Source: Octopus sinensis (taxonomy: Eukaryota). Taken from it: a stretch of 64,000 bases of DNA. The translations under genes were made by a program, and so were the position numbers. The notes under the pieces are model-generated. The model was not told where the DNA came from, did no database searches, and saw only the letters and a program-made list of their open reading frames with translations. Shown here piece after piece: positions 12,996-24,495 of this stretch. The DNA lies in the NCBI RefSeq assembly GCF_006345805.1, contig NC_042999.1:67952001-68016000 (forward strand). The letters are read 5' to 3'. Every line of letters begins with the position of its first letter. The first letter of the stretch is position 1.

Positions 12996-13005
12996 CATAT
13001 ATATT
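12678..13005. repeat. Compound microsatellite (TACA)n(CA)n(TA)n
   Basis: Direct inspection; source of spurious YIHT/CVCV ORFs. Confidence 0.95.
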
Positions 13006-13060
13006 TATACGCTCGGCAAAACTTCTCGCCGTTTCACTAATATATGAAGTCTTCCGGAAG

Positions 13061-13288
13061 ACTGCACATATAGGTGAAATGGCGAGAAGTTTAAATGAAC
13101 ATTGAAAGGAATACAGGGATCAAAAACAAACCTTGATACTCTACCAGCATGCCAAAGAACAACATGGTGGTGTGCTGCACCGAATTAGCATAGAAACCCT
13201 GTCTAGACACCCGGATGACGCATCCCTACGACAGATACGAGAGTCTGCCTTGATAACCGAAACACGACCGGTTTTGAATAGTGAATGC
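13061..13288 (+). pseudogene. GIY-YIG endonuclease fragment, Penelope-like element
   Basis: TAHIGEMARSLNEH*KEYRD...HAKEQHGG...RHPDDASLRQIRESALITETRPVLNSE: (Y/H)IGE..R.L..R, LRQI.E..I and P.LN motifs; one in-frame stop. Confidence 0.7.
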
Positions 13289-13694
13289 TCTCCTTAGGCA
13301 GAGGCCTTACAAAGACCCACATGGACACACAGACACACATACGCACACATACTCGAACGGACACACACACACACATACATGCAAAGACAAACAAGGACAC
13401 ATACATGTTCTCACGCCCACACACACATACACGCATACGCTCACACACGGAAACATGCATACTGAAGTACACATGCACACAAACACACAGGAACTCATAC
13501 ACATATGAATGCAAACGCATACACACAAACACACACAAACATAAAGATACACTGAGACACACTCACACACACACACACACACATACATGGAAACACAGAC
13601 ACACACGCTCCTACACACTTGCCATCCCATACACACATGGACACGCGCACGCATACGCATGCTCATTTTCATGCACAGACAGATATCAATTTAA

Positions 13695-13898
13695 GGCAGC
13701 GAGCTGGCAGAATCGTTAGCACGCCGGGCGAAATGCTTAGCGGCATTTCGTCTGCCGTTACGTTCTGAGTTCAAATTCCGCCGAGGTCGACTTTGACTTT
13801 CATCCTTTCGGGATCGATAAATTAAGTACCAGCTACGCACTGGGTCGATGTAATCAACTTAATCCGTTTGTCTGTCCTTGTTTGTCCCCTCTGTGTTT
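13695..13898 (+). mobile_element. SINE family B, tail truncated at a GC-rich insert
   Basis: ggcagcgagctggcagaatcgttagc...cccctctgtgttt, then an abrupt switch. Confidence 0.9.
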
Positions 13899-14026
13899 CG
13901 ATATCGGGCACGGTAGCGCGGCGGAGCACCAGGCGACCGGCGCAGGCCTGCCGCTGGCGGCCCCGCGGCGCGTAGACGAACGGGGAAAGCAAGGTGGCGT
14001 GAAGGCGGCGGCCACCCTCCGGGATG
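13899..14026. other. 128-bp GC-rich segment (about 75% GC) of apparently foreign composition
   Basis: 96 of 128 bases are G/C by manual count, CpG-rich, in an otherwise AT-rich window. Confidence 0.8.
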
Positions 14027-14339
14027 ACAGTGTATCTTTATGTTTGTGTGTGTTTGTGTGTATGCGTTTGCATTCATATGTGTATGAGTTCCTGTGTGTT
14101 TGTGTGCATGTGTACTTCTGTATGCATGTTTCCGTGTGTGAGCGTATGCGTGTATGTGTGTGTCGGTGTGGGTGTAATAATTAAAAAATAGAAGGGACAT
14201 ATATACATACTATTGACAAGTGTAACCCCTATTGGACTCGTGACCGTTACATCACGTTACATCTCGAACATTATATTTTTGTAACCCAGGAGTAGAAAGT
14301 AACTGCAAAATGCCTAATGAACAAAAGAGACAGTGAAGC

Positions 14340-14660
14340 CGTAAAACTCTCAAGATGCAACGGAAAATGTCGATAATGTCATTCTTCTGTGGAAGACGTT
14401 ATTCCTGTGTTAGTAATGTATCAACTCCCATTGCGAAACGATGTCGTTTCTAAACGATATACAATGGCCATCCGCAGCCTAGAACAAAGACTGCCAAGGA
14501 TAAATATTGATAGCACCTCTGTTACTGGAGGTATTGAAACATATGAACATAAGGAATATTGATGGAACATTCCCATCAGAAGGTTTACAACGTGTGAACA
14601 TAACAAACGTGACGTAGTTGTCTGGGACGGAAAAGAGTTTAGTAGTTCTGCAGTTCAAAA
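14340..14660 (+). mobile_element. RLE non-LTR fragment (zinc-knuckle to PD region), degenerate
   Basis: VEDVIPV...LPLRNDVVSK...EY*WNIPIRRFTTCEHNKRDVVVWD; same family as 7375 and 51690. Confidence 0.6.
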
Positions 14661-14741
14661 AATTGCTTTCACAATCAGTGAGAAAGACTTTCGAAACCTG
14701 AGACTTCTCTCTCTCCTTATTGCGCATTCTGATTAATTTTC

Positions 14742-14791
14742 GCAGTCTGAAGATATTTACTAAACAAGTAAATTGAAACGATCGTAAATGC
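14742..14791 (+). ncRNA. Type I hammerhead motif, intact core
   Basis: GCAGU-CUGAAGA-U-AUUUAC-UAAACAA-GUAAAU-U-GAAA-CGAUCG-UA/AAUGC; 6-bp stem II, palindromic stem III ACGAUCGU, one mismatch in stem I. Confidence 0.7.
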
Positions 14792-14894
14792 TATCTTCTT
14801 CTTTGTTAATCAATTAAATTAAAGGCAAACCAGCGAAAACGGCGAATTTCTCCTTACTATTTACATCCGTTTTCTTCTCGTGTATAATATATAT

Positions 14895-15050
<156 letters not shown>

Positions 15051-15057
15051 TATATAA

Positions 15058-15365
15058 AAGACCCCCTTCGGTCATGAATGACCATGGGATTGCACCTAGA
15101 AAGTTACCCTCCTAGACACAAGTCCGGGCAATGTTGTTTATGGAAGACCAGCAGTCGCCCATGCATACCGGCCTCCCCTCTCCACGCCACCAGTGTTATC
15201 CAAGGGAAAGACAAAGGTCGATACAGCTTGGAACCAGTGACGTCGCAACTCATTTCTACAGCTGAGTGAACTGGAGCAACGTGAAATAAAGTGTTTTGCT
15301 CAAGAACACAACACGCTGCCCGGTCCGGGATTCGAGCTCACAACCTCACGATCGTAAGCTCGACC
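15058..15365 (-). mobile_element. tRNA-derived SINE family D
   Basis: Minus-strand head ...cgatcgtgaggttgtgagctcgaatcccgg, then gtgttcttgagcaaaacactttatttcacgttgctccagttcactcagctg; partial copy at about 7235-7350. Confidence 0.7.
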
Positions 15366-15491
15366 TATATATATATACACACAATTATCGCTAAATGTGG
15401 CTAAGGCTACCAAAACACATTTAGTGACGACTTAATTTTTCCTTCATATTTATAGTATCGCATTGCGCTTTGCTGTTTATATTAAATTTAA

Positions 15492-15542
<51 letters not shown>

Positions 15543-15889
15543 TATGTGTGTGTGTAAATATATATCGATATGCATCTCCCCTCTCACTCCCCCTCTCTCT
15601 CTCTCTGTGAAAGCGTGAGATCAAATTGTTAGCATACAACACTCACGATCGTGACGTCATGGTATTTCGACTGTCAGACCGGGCTCTTTGTTGTGTCCAC
15701 TCAGCTCTAAAATGGTTAACCCTGCGACGGAATAGCCTTCGGACTAAGGGGGAATGCTGGCCTGCACGCATAGCCAGCAGGGGAGGTGTCACTCGAAAGG
15801 TGAAACAATGCGAAGTGCAGTGTGACCAGCGATGTATAACAACATCCGATAATCTGGTCGATACTGTGGTAAGTATATATTTTTATTTC

Positions 15890-16122
15890 TTGTTCTTTTA
15901 GTTGCTTCGGTCATTTGACATCGGCCATGCTGGAGCAGCGCCTTAAAGGATTTTAGTCGAGCAAATCGCCCCCAGAACTTATTCTATCAGTCTCTTTTGC
16001 CGAACCACTAAGTCACGGGGACGTAAGCACAGCAGCATCGGTTGTCAAGATATATGGGGGCAGGACAAACACAAACACACACACACACCCATACACACCC
16101 ACCCACACACACACACCCATAC

Positions 16123-16154
<32 letters not shown>

Positions 16155-16345
16155 GCACACACACATAAGCATATGTATATATATACGCACATATACGACG
16201 GGCTTCTTTCAGTTTCCGTCTACTCACAATGTTTTGGTCGGCCCGAAGCTATATTAGAAGACACTTGCCCAACGTACCACGCAATGGGACTGAACCCGGA
16301 ACCATGTGGTTGAGAAGCAAGATTATTACCGCACGCCTGCACCTA
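15890..16345 (-). mobile_element. SINE family A, full length
   Basis: Reverse-complement head at 16255-16345 and tail at 15890-16080. Confidence 0.85.
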
Positions 16346-16352
16346 CACAAAG

Positions 16353-16427
<75 letters not shown>

Positions 16428-16468
16428 AGTAGGTAGGTAGGTAGATAAATAAATAGATAGATAGATAG

Positions 16469-16516
<48 letters not shown>

Positions 16517-16630
16517 GGATGGATGGACGGACGGACGGACGGACGGACGGACGGACGGATGGATGGGGATGGATGGATGGATGGATGGATGGATGGATGG
16601 ACAAACAGACAGGTAGGTAGGTAGATAGAG
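16345..16630. repeat. Compound (GATA)n(GA)n(GGAT/GGAC)n microsatellite
   Basis: Direct inspection. Confidence 0.95.
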
Positions 16631-17035
16631 AGATTTAGATAAAGAAAGTGGGAGAAAGGAAGGGATAGAGGGAGGGGCAGAGAAAAAGGCGAAAGACAGA
16701 CAGACAGACAAAGAGAGGAATATATAGTGATGGAAGCGGTAGTGGTGATGGTGTTGGTGATGATGGTGATGTTGGTGATGTTGATGAATACTATCTCTCA
16801 TATTTTTCCCAATTTGGGGGAAAAAATTAAAACTTGAACAAAACCTGAAATGTCAACTGACAGTTGTATTCACTTCCTATTGTGACATTAATAATAATGG
16901 TTGTGAGGGTGCAGAGTTGCGGTGGTAGTCATGGTGGTAGGGTAGCGGTGTAGACGGTGTAGGTGGTGAAGGCGGCGATGGCTGTTGTTGTTGTTGTGTG
17001 TGGTGGTGGTGGTGGTGTGGTGGTGGTGGTGGTGG

Positions 17036-17435
17036 TAGGCGGCGAGCTGGCAGGATCGTTAACACGCCGGGCGAAATGACTTGGGTATTTCGTCTGCCGC
17101 TACGTTCTGAGTTCAAATTCCGCCGAGGTCGACTTTGCCTTTCATCCTTTCGGAGTCGATAAATTAAGTACCAGTTACGCACTGGGGTCGATGTAATCGA
17201 TTAATACCTATGTCTGTCCTTGTTTGTCTCCTCTATGTTTGGCCCCTTGGTATTTCGTCTGCCGTTACGTACTGAGTTCAAATTCCGCCGAGGTCGTCTT
17301 TGCCTTTCATCCTTTCGGGATCGATTAGATAAGTACCAGTTACGCACTGGGGTCGATGTAATCGACTTAATCCGTTTGTCTGTCCTTGTTTGTCCTCTCT
17401 GTGTTTAGCCCCTTGTGGGTAGTAAAGAAATAGGT
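17036..17435 (+). mobile_element. SINE family B dimer (head-body-tail-body-tail)
   Basis: Second unit restarts at ggtatttcgtctgccg (about 17249). Confidence 0.85.
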
Positions 17436-18146
17436 GGCGGTGGTAGTGGTGATGATGGTGATGGTATGTGATGGTGGTGGTATGTGATTCTGGTGGCGGC
17501 GGCTACGGAGATTGTTGTGCTGATGACGGTAGAGGTGGTGGGGGTGTTGATGGTGGTGGAGATGTGATGGCGATACAGAAACTGTGGCGGCGTAGTGCAG
17601 TGTTCGCATAACACGGAGGTGGAGGTTTCGTAGTTTTGTAGTTCGGTAATAATGGTGGCGGCGTAGTGCAGTGTGGTGAAACGGATAATGGGTGGAGAGA
17701 AAGATTTTATGGGGTGGTGGTGGGTGAGAGATGATGATAGGGGTGGATGCAATGTGGGTGGGGTGGGGGTGAGGAAAGAAGACAGGTAAGATGTCAGCAT
17801 TCCGATGGAGACGTAAGGTGGAGATGTGGGTGGGTGATGACAGGTAAAACGAATGCACACATCTACGCACGTGGATGTTGACACGTACACATGCTCACTC
17901 ACACACCTACACATAAATACACATACACGCGATCACACACACACACACACGCACACACACGCACACACACACTAGCTACATAGGGGAACGGAATAACAAG
18001 ATAAAGAAGAGAGTGAAAGAGTAAAAGAAAGAGAGAAAGACGGTGTGAGTGCGTGTTTGCATGTTTGTGTGTTTGTGCATGTGTATGTGCTAGAAGGCAA
18101 AAAAGGGGCAAGTTGTTAGGGGTATAAATAGCTATCTACATTTATA

Positions 18147-18245
<99 letters not shown>

Positions 18246-18274
18246 AAATAAGCAACTAGGATATCCAGAGGTAA

Positions 18275-18361
18275 TGCAGTACGATCGTTTCATGCAACTC
18301 TATTTAATTGAACAATGCAATCATTACATCAATTTAAAATGCAGAGCAATCTTCAGCTGCA
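18275..18361 (-). ncRNA. Type I hammerhead motif with an extended (~25-bp imperfect) stem II
   Basis: UGCAG-CUGAAGA-U-UGC...(long arm)...GCA-U-GAAA-CGAUCG-UA/CUGCA; perfect 5-bp stem I, intact core. Confidence 0.7.
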
Positions 18362-18994
18362 GAAAGACATAGAATTTAATTAAATTAGAACAGATGGACA
18401 CATTAGTATAATTATACCTAAAATCTCCAAGAAGTTAAGGAGATAGACAAAGAACATGCTGTTCTTACTCCAGTATAGAAGTTACTAAGCTTTTCAAGAA
18501 GGTATACATTGTTAGAGATCCTGCCTGTCACTGACTTTTTGTTTTTGTTTTTATGGGGTCAGTTTTAATTTATATACTAGTTTATCAAAACCCTTGTATA
18601 TTTAAGGCTGAGAGAACAGAGGGCAGTATCTGTTAGGGCTAGGGTCGAGGGAGCAGACAGACATCATAGTTGGTATAGTCATAAAAATCAAGATTTATTA
18701 GAAGCAATATCATGAGGTTTGGTAAAGGAAAACTTAAAACAAGATGTTAGCTGACAATTAAGGGGATCGGCCACTAGCAGACGATTGATAATGAAACAGT
18801 GGAAGTCTTATCATGTAGTACTATAGTCAAATTTTTATTTGTTGCTTATTTTGATTTTAATCACCTTACTTTGAAATTGTATGGATAATACCGTACTAAA
18901 TTCTGGTGCCTCAAATTAAGAACCACATTCATCTGAATCCAAATTTTTGCTGAACTCATCTACCATACCCAGTATATATATATATATATATACA

Positions 18995-19400
18995 AAATAA
19001 AAAGAAAGGACGAAGACGGGTGTGTAAACAACAAATAGATGTATTAGTTTAACGCTCGGGAAGTGAGAAAGTCTTTTACGTTTCGAGCCTACGCTCTTCG
19101 ACAGAAAGGAACTGAGAAATAAACAGCGAGAGAAAATAGAAAAGTGGCTAGCGATCTATCATGGCGAAGGCCGGACAGAGGGATCACGCAGGAGAGCTAG
19201 GAAGAAGGGGACATAATAAAGTAGTGGTGATCCCAAAACGAAAGTGTGCGTGCCTGTGTATGTGAGAGCGTGTAAGTGCGTGTGGAAGGGGGCTGGTGAC
19301 CATGACGTGTGCGTGTGTTCATGTGTAGGTATGTGGATGATGGTGTAGGTGCTAACACGTTTCATGACGTCCTGTGCCCACATATGCATGTATGTGTGTG
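18995..19400 (-). mobile_element. Longest P1 Penelope-like element copy
   Basis: P1 core (18995-19165) extends about 240 bp beyond the point where the other copies end; starts next to (TA)n. Confidence 0.65.
19073..19108 (-). ncRNA. Minimal hammerhead motif, CUGUCGA core
   Basis: Identical to the 9573-9608 motif. Confidence 0.6.
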
Positions 19401-19850
19401 TGTGTGTTACGTGAAATAGACCTCCACATCCCACATCTCACGTCTTGAAATACTGACAAACAACGGAAGTAAAATCCGCTCAGTTTAGACAACTGTTATT
19501 GGTGTTGTTGCTATTAAGCAGTGTTTACGACGATGTGCTTTTGTTGTTGTTGTTGTTGTTGTTATTTCAGTTGTTGCTGCCTTTCTTGTGTTCTTATGAC
19601 ATCTCGTTAAGCCCTCTTCCCATCTTTGTCTCTATTGTCATAATTGCTATTGAATCTGTTAACGACAAATTTTATCAGGAAGATCATCACACACACACAC
19701 ACGCATGCGAGCATGTACACACATATACGCTCACGTATCGCTCTCGCATGCGCTCACACATATGCGCGCATATACACACGGTACTCACAGATTCACATTC
19801 GCACATACGCACACGTGCACAGCTTGAAGCTCATTTATACATATATACAT

Positions 19851-20045
19851 GAAGGCGGCGAGCTGGCAGAACCGTTAGCACGCCGGGCGAAATGCGTAGC
19901 CGTATTTCGTTTGCCGTTACGTTCTGAGTTCGAATTCCGCCGAGGTCGACTTTGCCTTTCATCCTTTCGGGGTCGATAAATTAAGTACCAGTTACGCACT
20001 GGGGTCGATGTAATCGACTTAATCCGTTTGTCTGTCCTTAATCCG
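19851..20045 (+). mobile_element. SINE family B
   Basis: gaaggcggcgagctggcagaaccgttagcacgccgggcg...tttgtctgtcctt. Confidence 0.9.
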
Positions 20046-20104
20046 CCAATGTCAACAATAACAACAACAATAATTATTATAATTACATCGACCCCAGTAC
20101 TTTA

Positions 20105-20490
20105 CTCCAAGGAAAAAATGCTTTCTAATCGATGTATCAATGCCAACAAATGACAATGTTTCTCTAAAATAAAAAAGAAAACCTTTCAAAGTACAAAGAT
20201 CGGGAAATAGATGTAACTCGAATGCGGAACCTGAAAAGAGAAACAATTCTTATAATAGTAGGCGCAGTAGGTATGATAAAAAAAAATATTCAGACAAATA
20301 CATGAAAAAAACATCAGGACTTACACGTATATATAACATACAGAAAATAGCACTACTAGGCACCGCACACATCCTACGTAAAACACTTTCAATACAGTGA
20401 AAATAAGAGCACCACAACAGCACATACCCAAGGCACACAGAGCTGCGCTCGGTAGTGTAGTGAAAACACGTGATAAAAATAAGACTACTG
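20105..20490 (+). mobile_element. Older 5'-truncated Dong/R4 copy (3' end only)
   Basis: Aligns to 23020-23398 of the adjacent element, including the 3' UTR ...gctgcgctcggtagtg...aagactactg followed by (AAT)n; frameshifted. Confidence 0.9.
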
Positions 20491-20522
20491 AATAATAATA
20501 AAAATAATAATAATACTAATAC

Positions 20523-20573
<51 letters not shown>

Positions 20574-20589
20574 TAATAATAATAATAAT

Positions 20590-23301
20590 TATAAAAAAAA
20601 TTAGGAAAGACCTGTCGATTCTTAATGAAATCAGCAAACAAGCAACGCTACTAAGCAACAAAAAGAGAACAAAAATGCTCCGCAAATATAACATCACAGA
20701 AAAAGATTTGCCGGAGATAAAAGAAAAGCTGAAGCAAGATATCCTTGCCAAAGCTCAAAGGATCCGCCGGTACGAGAAACGCCAACGCTTCTTTGAACAG
20801 AACAAAAAGTTCAACTCCGACCCCAAAAAGTTCTACCAAGAACTGGGCAAAAATAAAATAGAAGTCACTGCAGCACCAACGGCAGAAGAATTGGAAGAAT
20901 TCTGGAGAGAAATATGGTCGGCGAACGAACAGCCAAAAAAAAGGAGTATGAAAATAACAAACTCGGCATCTGAACAACTTTGGACCCCCATAACAACTGA
21001 AGAGGTCACCCAGGCACTGCAAAAACTAAGCAGCTGGAAGGCACCTGGGCATGACAAGATCCCCAACTTCTGGTTGAAATATCTAACAGGAATGCACAAA
21101 AAGCTGGCTGAAAACTTTAACAGCATACTAGCAGAGCCAGAGACAATGCCTGAATGGCTCACGAAGGGGAAAACCATCTTAATTCCCAAATCAAATGAAA
21201 CAACAAAACCAGAAAACTACAGACCAATAACCTGCCTCCCTACTATGTTCAAGGCATTTACTGCAGTGATATCGCAAAGGCTGAACAAGCACCTGGACGA
21301 AAACAAACTGTTCCCAGAAGAGCAGAAAGGATGCCGCAAGGGCTCATATGGCTGTAAAGATCAACTAATGATTAATAAAGCCGTAACTGAAGACAGCCAC
21401 AGAAAGAAGAAAGGCCTCAGTATGGCCTGGATTGACTACAAAAAGGCGTTTGATAGCATCCCCCCACATGGATCCTCGAAACACTAGCCATTAACAAAGT
21501 AGCACCAACAATCATAAAATTCATAGAGCACTCTATGAATAAATGGCAAACAGTCCTACACCTCCAAACAAAAGAGGGACTCATGAAAACCAAAGACATC
21601 CCCATTAGAAGAGGAATATTCCAGGGAGACACGCTCTCTCCACTCCTTTTCTGCTTGGCACTGTCACCTCTATCTGATATGCTAAATAGAACTGGATGCG
21701 GATATAAATGTTACGGCAAAACGATCAGCCACCTTTTATATATGGATGACCTAAAACTATACGCTGCAAATGACAAACAGCTGGAAACACTATTAAAGAC
21801 AGTTCATGGATTTACCAAAGAAATAGATATGAAATTTGGATTAGAAAAATGCGCCAAAGTAACCATGAAAAGAGGAAAACTAGTTAAGAGTAACAACATC
21901 ACACTAGATAAAACCAATGAAATAAAAGAATTAGACCAAAGCCAAACTTACAAATACTTAGGAATCCATGAACTAGATAAGACACAACGCACACAAATGA
22001 AAGAGAAAATAAAAAAAGAATATTATAGACGAGTTAGATCAATACTAAAAACAGAGCTCAATGCTAAAAACAAGATAATAGGTATCAACACTTTAGCTGT
22101 CCCAGTTATAAGTTACAGCTACAATATCCTTAACTGGACACGAAATGAACTGTCCAAAATAGATAGGAAAACAAGAAAAATACTGACAGGATCTAGGATG
22201 CATCACCCAAAATCTGACATAGAAAGACTATATATACAACGTATAGAAGGTGGTAGAGGCCTTATACAGCTGGAAAACTACTATAAAATAACCACCATAG
22301 GACTGCAAAAATACCTACTTCAGAAGGAAGGAAAACTGATCCAGATAGCAGCAAAACACGAGCAAAACAAAAAACTGTTCTCAGTATTTAAGGAAGCTGA
22401 CAAATACAAACAAGAAATCATACCACCTAATAAACACAAAGAAGAAGAAGAAGATGATGAAGAAACAACAAAAGCTATAAAACAAATGAAATCCAAACTA
22501 AAAATAGAACAGCAACGAGCCATGATAAAACGATGGCAAGAAAAGCCCCTTCATGGTAAATACTGGACTAAACTAAACGCAAAAGAAATAGACAAAGAAA
22601 AATCCCAGCAATGGTTGAGAAGCTCAGGACTCAAAGCAGAAACAGAGGGATTTTTAATTGCAGCACAAGACCAAAGCCTCCCCACCAGAAATTACCAAAA
22701 ACATGTAATGAAAAGAAATATTACAAGTAACTGCAGAATATGTGGAGATGGACAAGAAACAATAAATCATATTATCTCTAGCTGCCCAGTCCTGGCTAAG
22801 AAGGAATATATTCACAGACATGACAGAGTTGGAACCTACATACATTGGAAGCTATGCCAACATTATGGAATAACAGCAGAAAAAAGATGGTATAGGCACA
22901 CACCAGAAAAGGTCACAGAAAACGAGAAAGCAACCATACTCTGGGATATGCCGATACACACAGATAGAGAAATTAAGGCCAACAGACCAGATATAGTTGT
23001 CAGAGATCATGAAGAAAAAAAATGCTTTCTAATTGATGTATCAATACCGGCAGATGACAACGTGTCTCTAAAAGAAATGGAGAAACTCTCAAAATACAAA
23101 GACCTGGAAATAGAGATAACTAGAATGTGGAACCTGAAAACGGAAACAATTCCTATCATAGTAGGTGCATTAGGCATGATAAAAAAATATTCAGACAAAT
23201 ACATAACAAAAACATCAGGACTTACAAACACATATAACATACAGAAAATTGCACTACTAGGCACTGCACACATCCTACGCAGAACACTTTCCATACAATA
23301 A
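20590..23301 (+). pseudogene. RT-RLE polyprotein broken by a single -1 frameshift at about 21464
   Basis: KAPGHDKI, YRPITCL, IDYKKAFDS, IFQGDTLSPLLF, HLLYMDDLKLY, CRICGDGQETINHIISSC (CCHC), RPDIVV...LIDVS (PD..D), QKIALLGTAHILR; ORFs 20570-21487 and 21535-23301 join if ATC CCC CC ACA TGG is restored to ATC CCC CAC ACA TGG. Confidence 0.9.
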
Positions 23302-23398
23302 CCATCAGAGCATCACAACAAATCACAGCACATACCCAAGGCACACAGAGCTGCGCTCGGTAGTGAAGTGAAAGCACGCTATAAAAATAAAACTACTG
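20590..23398 (+). mobile_element. Dong/R4-clade non-LTR retrotransposon, 5'-truncated, inserted in (AAT)n
   Basis: RT plus C-terminal restriction-like endonuclease; (AAT)n on both sides; 3' UTR ends aactactg followed by aataat. Established knowledge: Dong elements target TAA repeats. Confidence 0.92.
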
Positions 23399-23417
23399 AA
23401 TAATAATAATAATAATA

Positions 23418-23453
<36 letters not shown>

Positions 23454-23475
23454 TAATAATAATAATAATAATAAT

Positions 23476-24071
23476 AAATGCCCTGATGCAGTATCAATGC
23501 CCTGATGCAGTATAAATGCCCTGATGCAGTACCAGGCAGTGGCTTTCATGGCTTCTGATCTTAACTGATTGCAAGTGTTATCATGTACATTGTTTTGTCT
23601 TGGTATAAAAGATGGGCTACAGCAAATATTCTGCTCATTACCACAGATTTGCTTGTCAGTTGTTTGACCTTAACCATTTGAGCATGTCCCTTAGTGGCTG
23701 ACGATATGTGCATTTCTGATCACGAGCAGAAGTAGTCGGGGAGCATCATAGCCATGTGTTGAGAGGGATTCTTTGGGGTTTGAATAATTCACCTTTGGAA
23801 ACAGGGTTGTTTCGTTCAACATCCTTAAACAACTCTTAATCAGGGACCTTTTGAGCGGGATAGGCTACTTGACCAGAACAAAATTCTAACTGGGCCCCAC
23901 CTGCAAGGTCATGTGCTGTTTATCTTGATATGAGATCACCATGTCGCGCACATATGGTTGTGATGCATGTGCCTAGTGTACCCTTATCAGACGGGTAGTC
24001 ATGATGGGTATACTGGGCTTCGTATATTTTACCCCAGTGTCACTTTGATGGCATGCACTGCTCTCTCACTC
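23476..24071 (+). mobile_element. Non-coding ~590-bp repeat (family C) inserted in (AAT)n
   Basis: aaatgccctgatgcagtaccaggcagtggc...ctctctcactc then aataat; further copies at 32622-33178 and 33551-33996. Confidence 0.85.
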
Positions 24072-24101
24072 AATAATAATAATAATAATAATGATAATAC
24101 T

Positions 24102-24179
<78 letters not shown>

Positions 24180-24180
<1 letters not shown>

Positions 24181-24495
24181 CACGAAGAAGGCCGGTGTCA
24201 TCAAAACTGAAAAAGTGTGTAACTAAAGATAAATTTAAAGAAGAAATGAACAGAAGAAAAAGAAAAAGCATGAAAGGAAAAGAAAAATGTACGGTCGGTT
24301 TGCAAGAGATGTGGACGCCAATGTAGATACAGAGCAACAATCTCGAGAAGTACGTGGAACAAAAAAAGGCTGCAATAAGGGTGGAGCACTTGCAGAAAAC
24401 AGCACTGCTTGGAACCGCCCGAATACTCCGGAAGACGCTCGAAAAATAAGAGGTGTTACCTCAGTTCCTCCAGCGTTATAAGCTGTACAAAGGCA
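24180..24495 (+). mobile_element. Internally deleted Dong/R4-like element of a second family
   Basis: ...KEKMYGRFARDVDANVDTEQQ joined almost directly to ...VEHLQKTALLGTARILRKTLEK*; (AAT)n on both sides. Confidence 0.65.

Noticed and set aside
12643-13047. Long ORFs such as YIHT/CVCV/MYVC repeats (also 41124-41792, 45050-46360, 63382-63957)
   Set aside because: They are translations of (TACA)n, (CA)n and (TA)n microsatellites, with no protein-like complexity.
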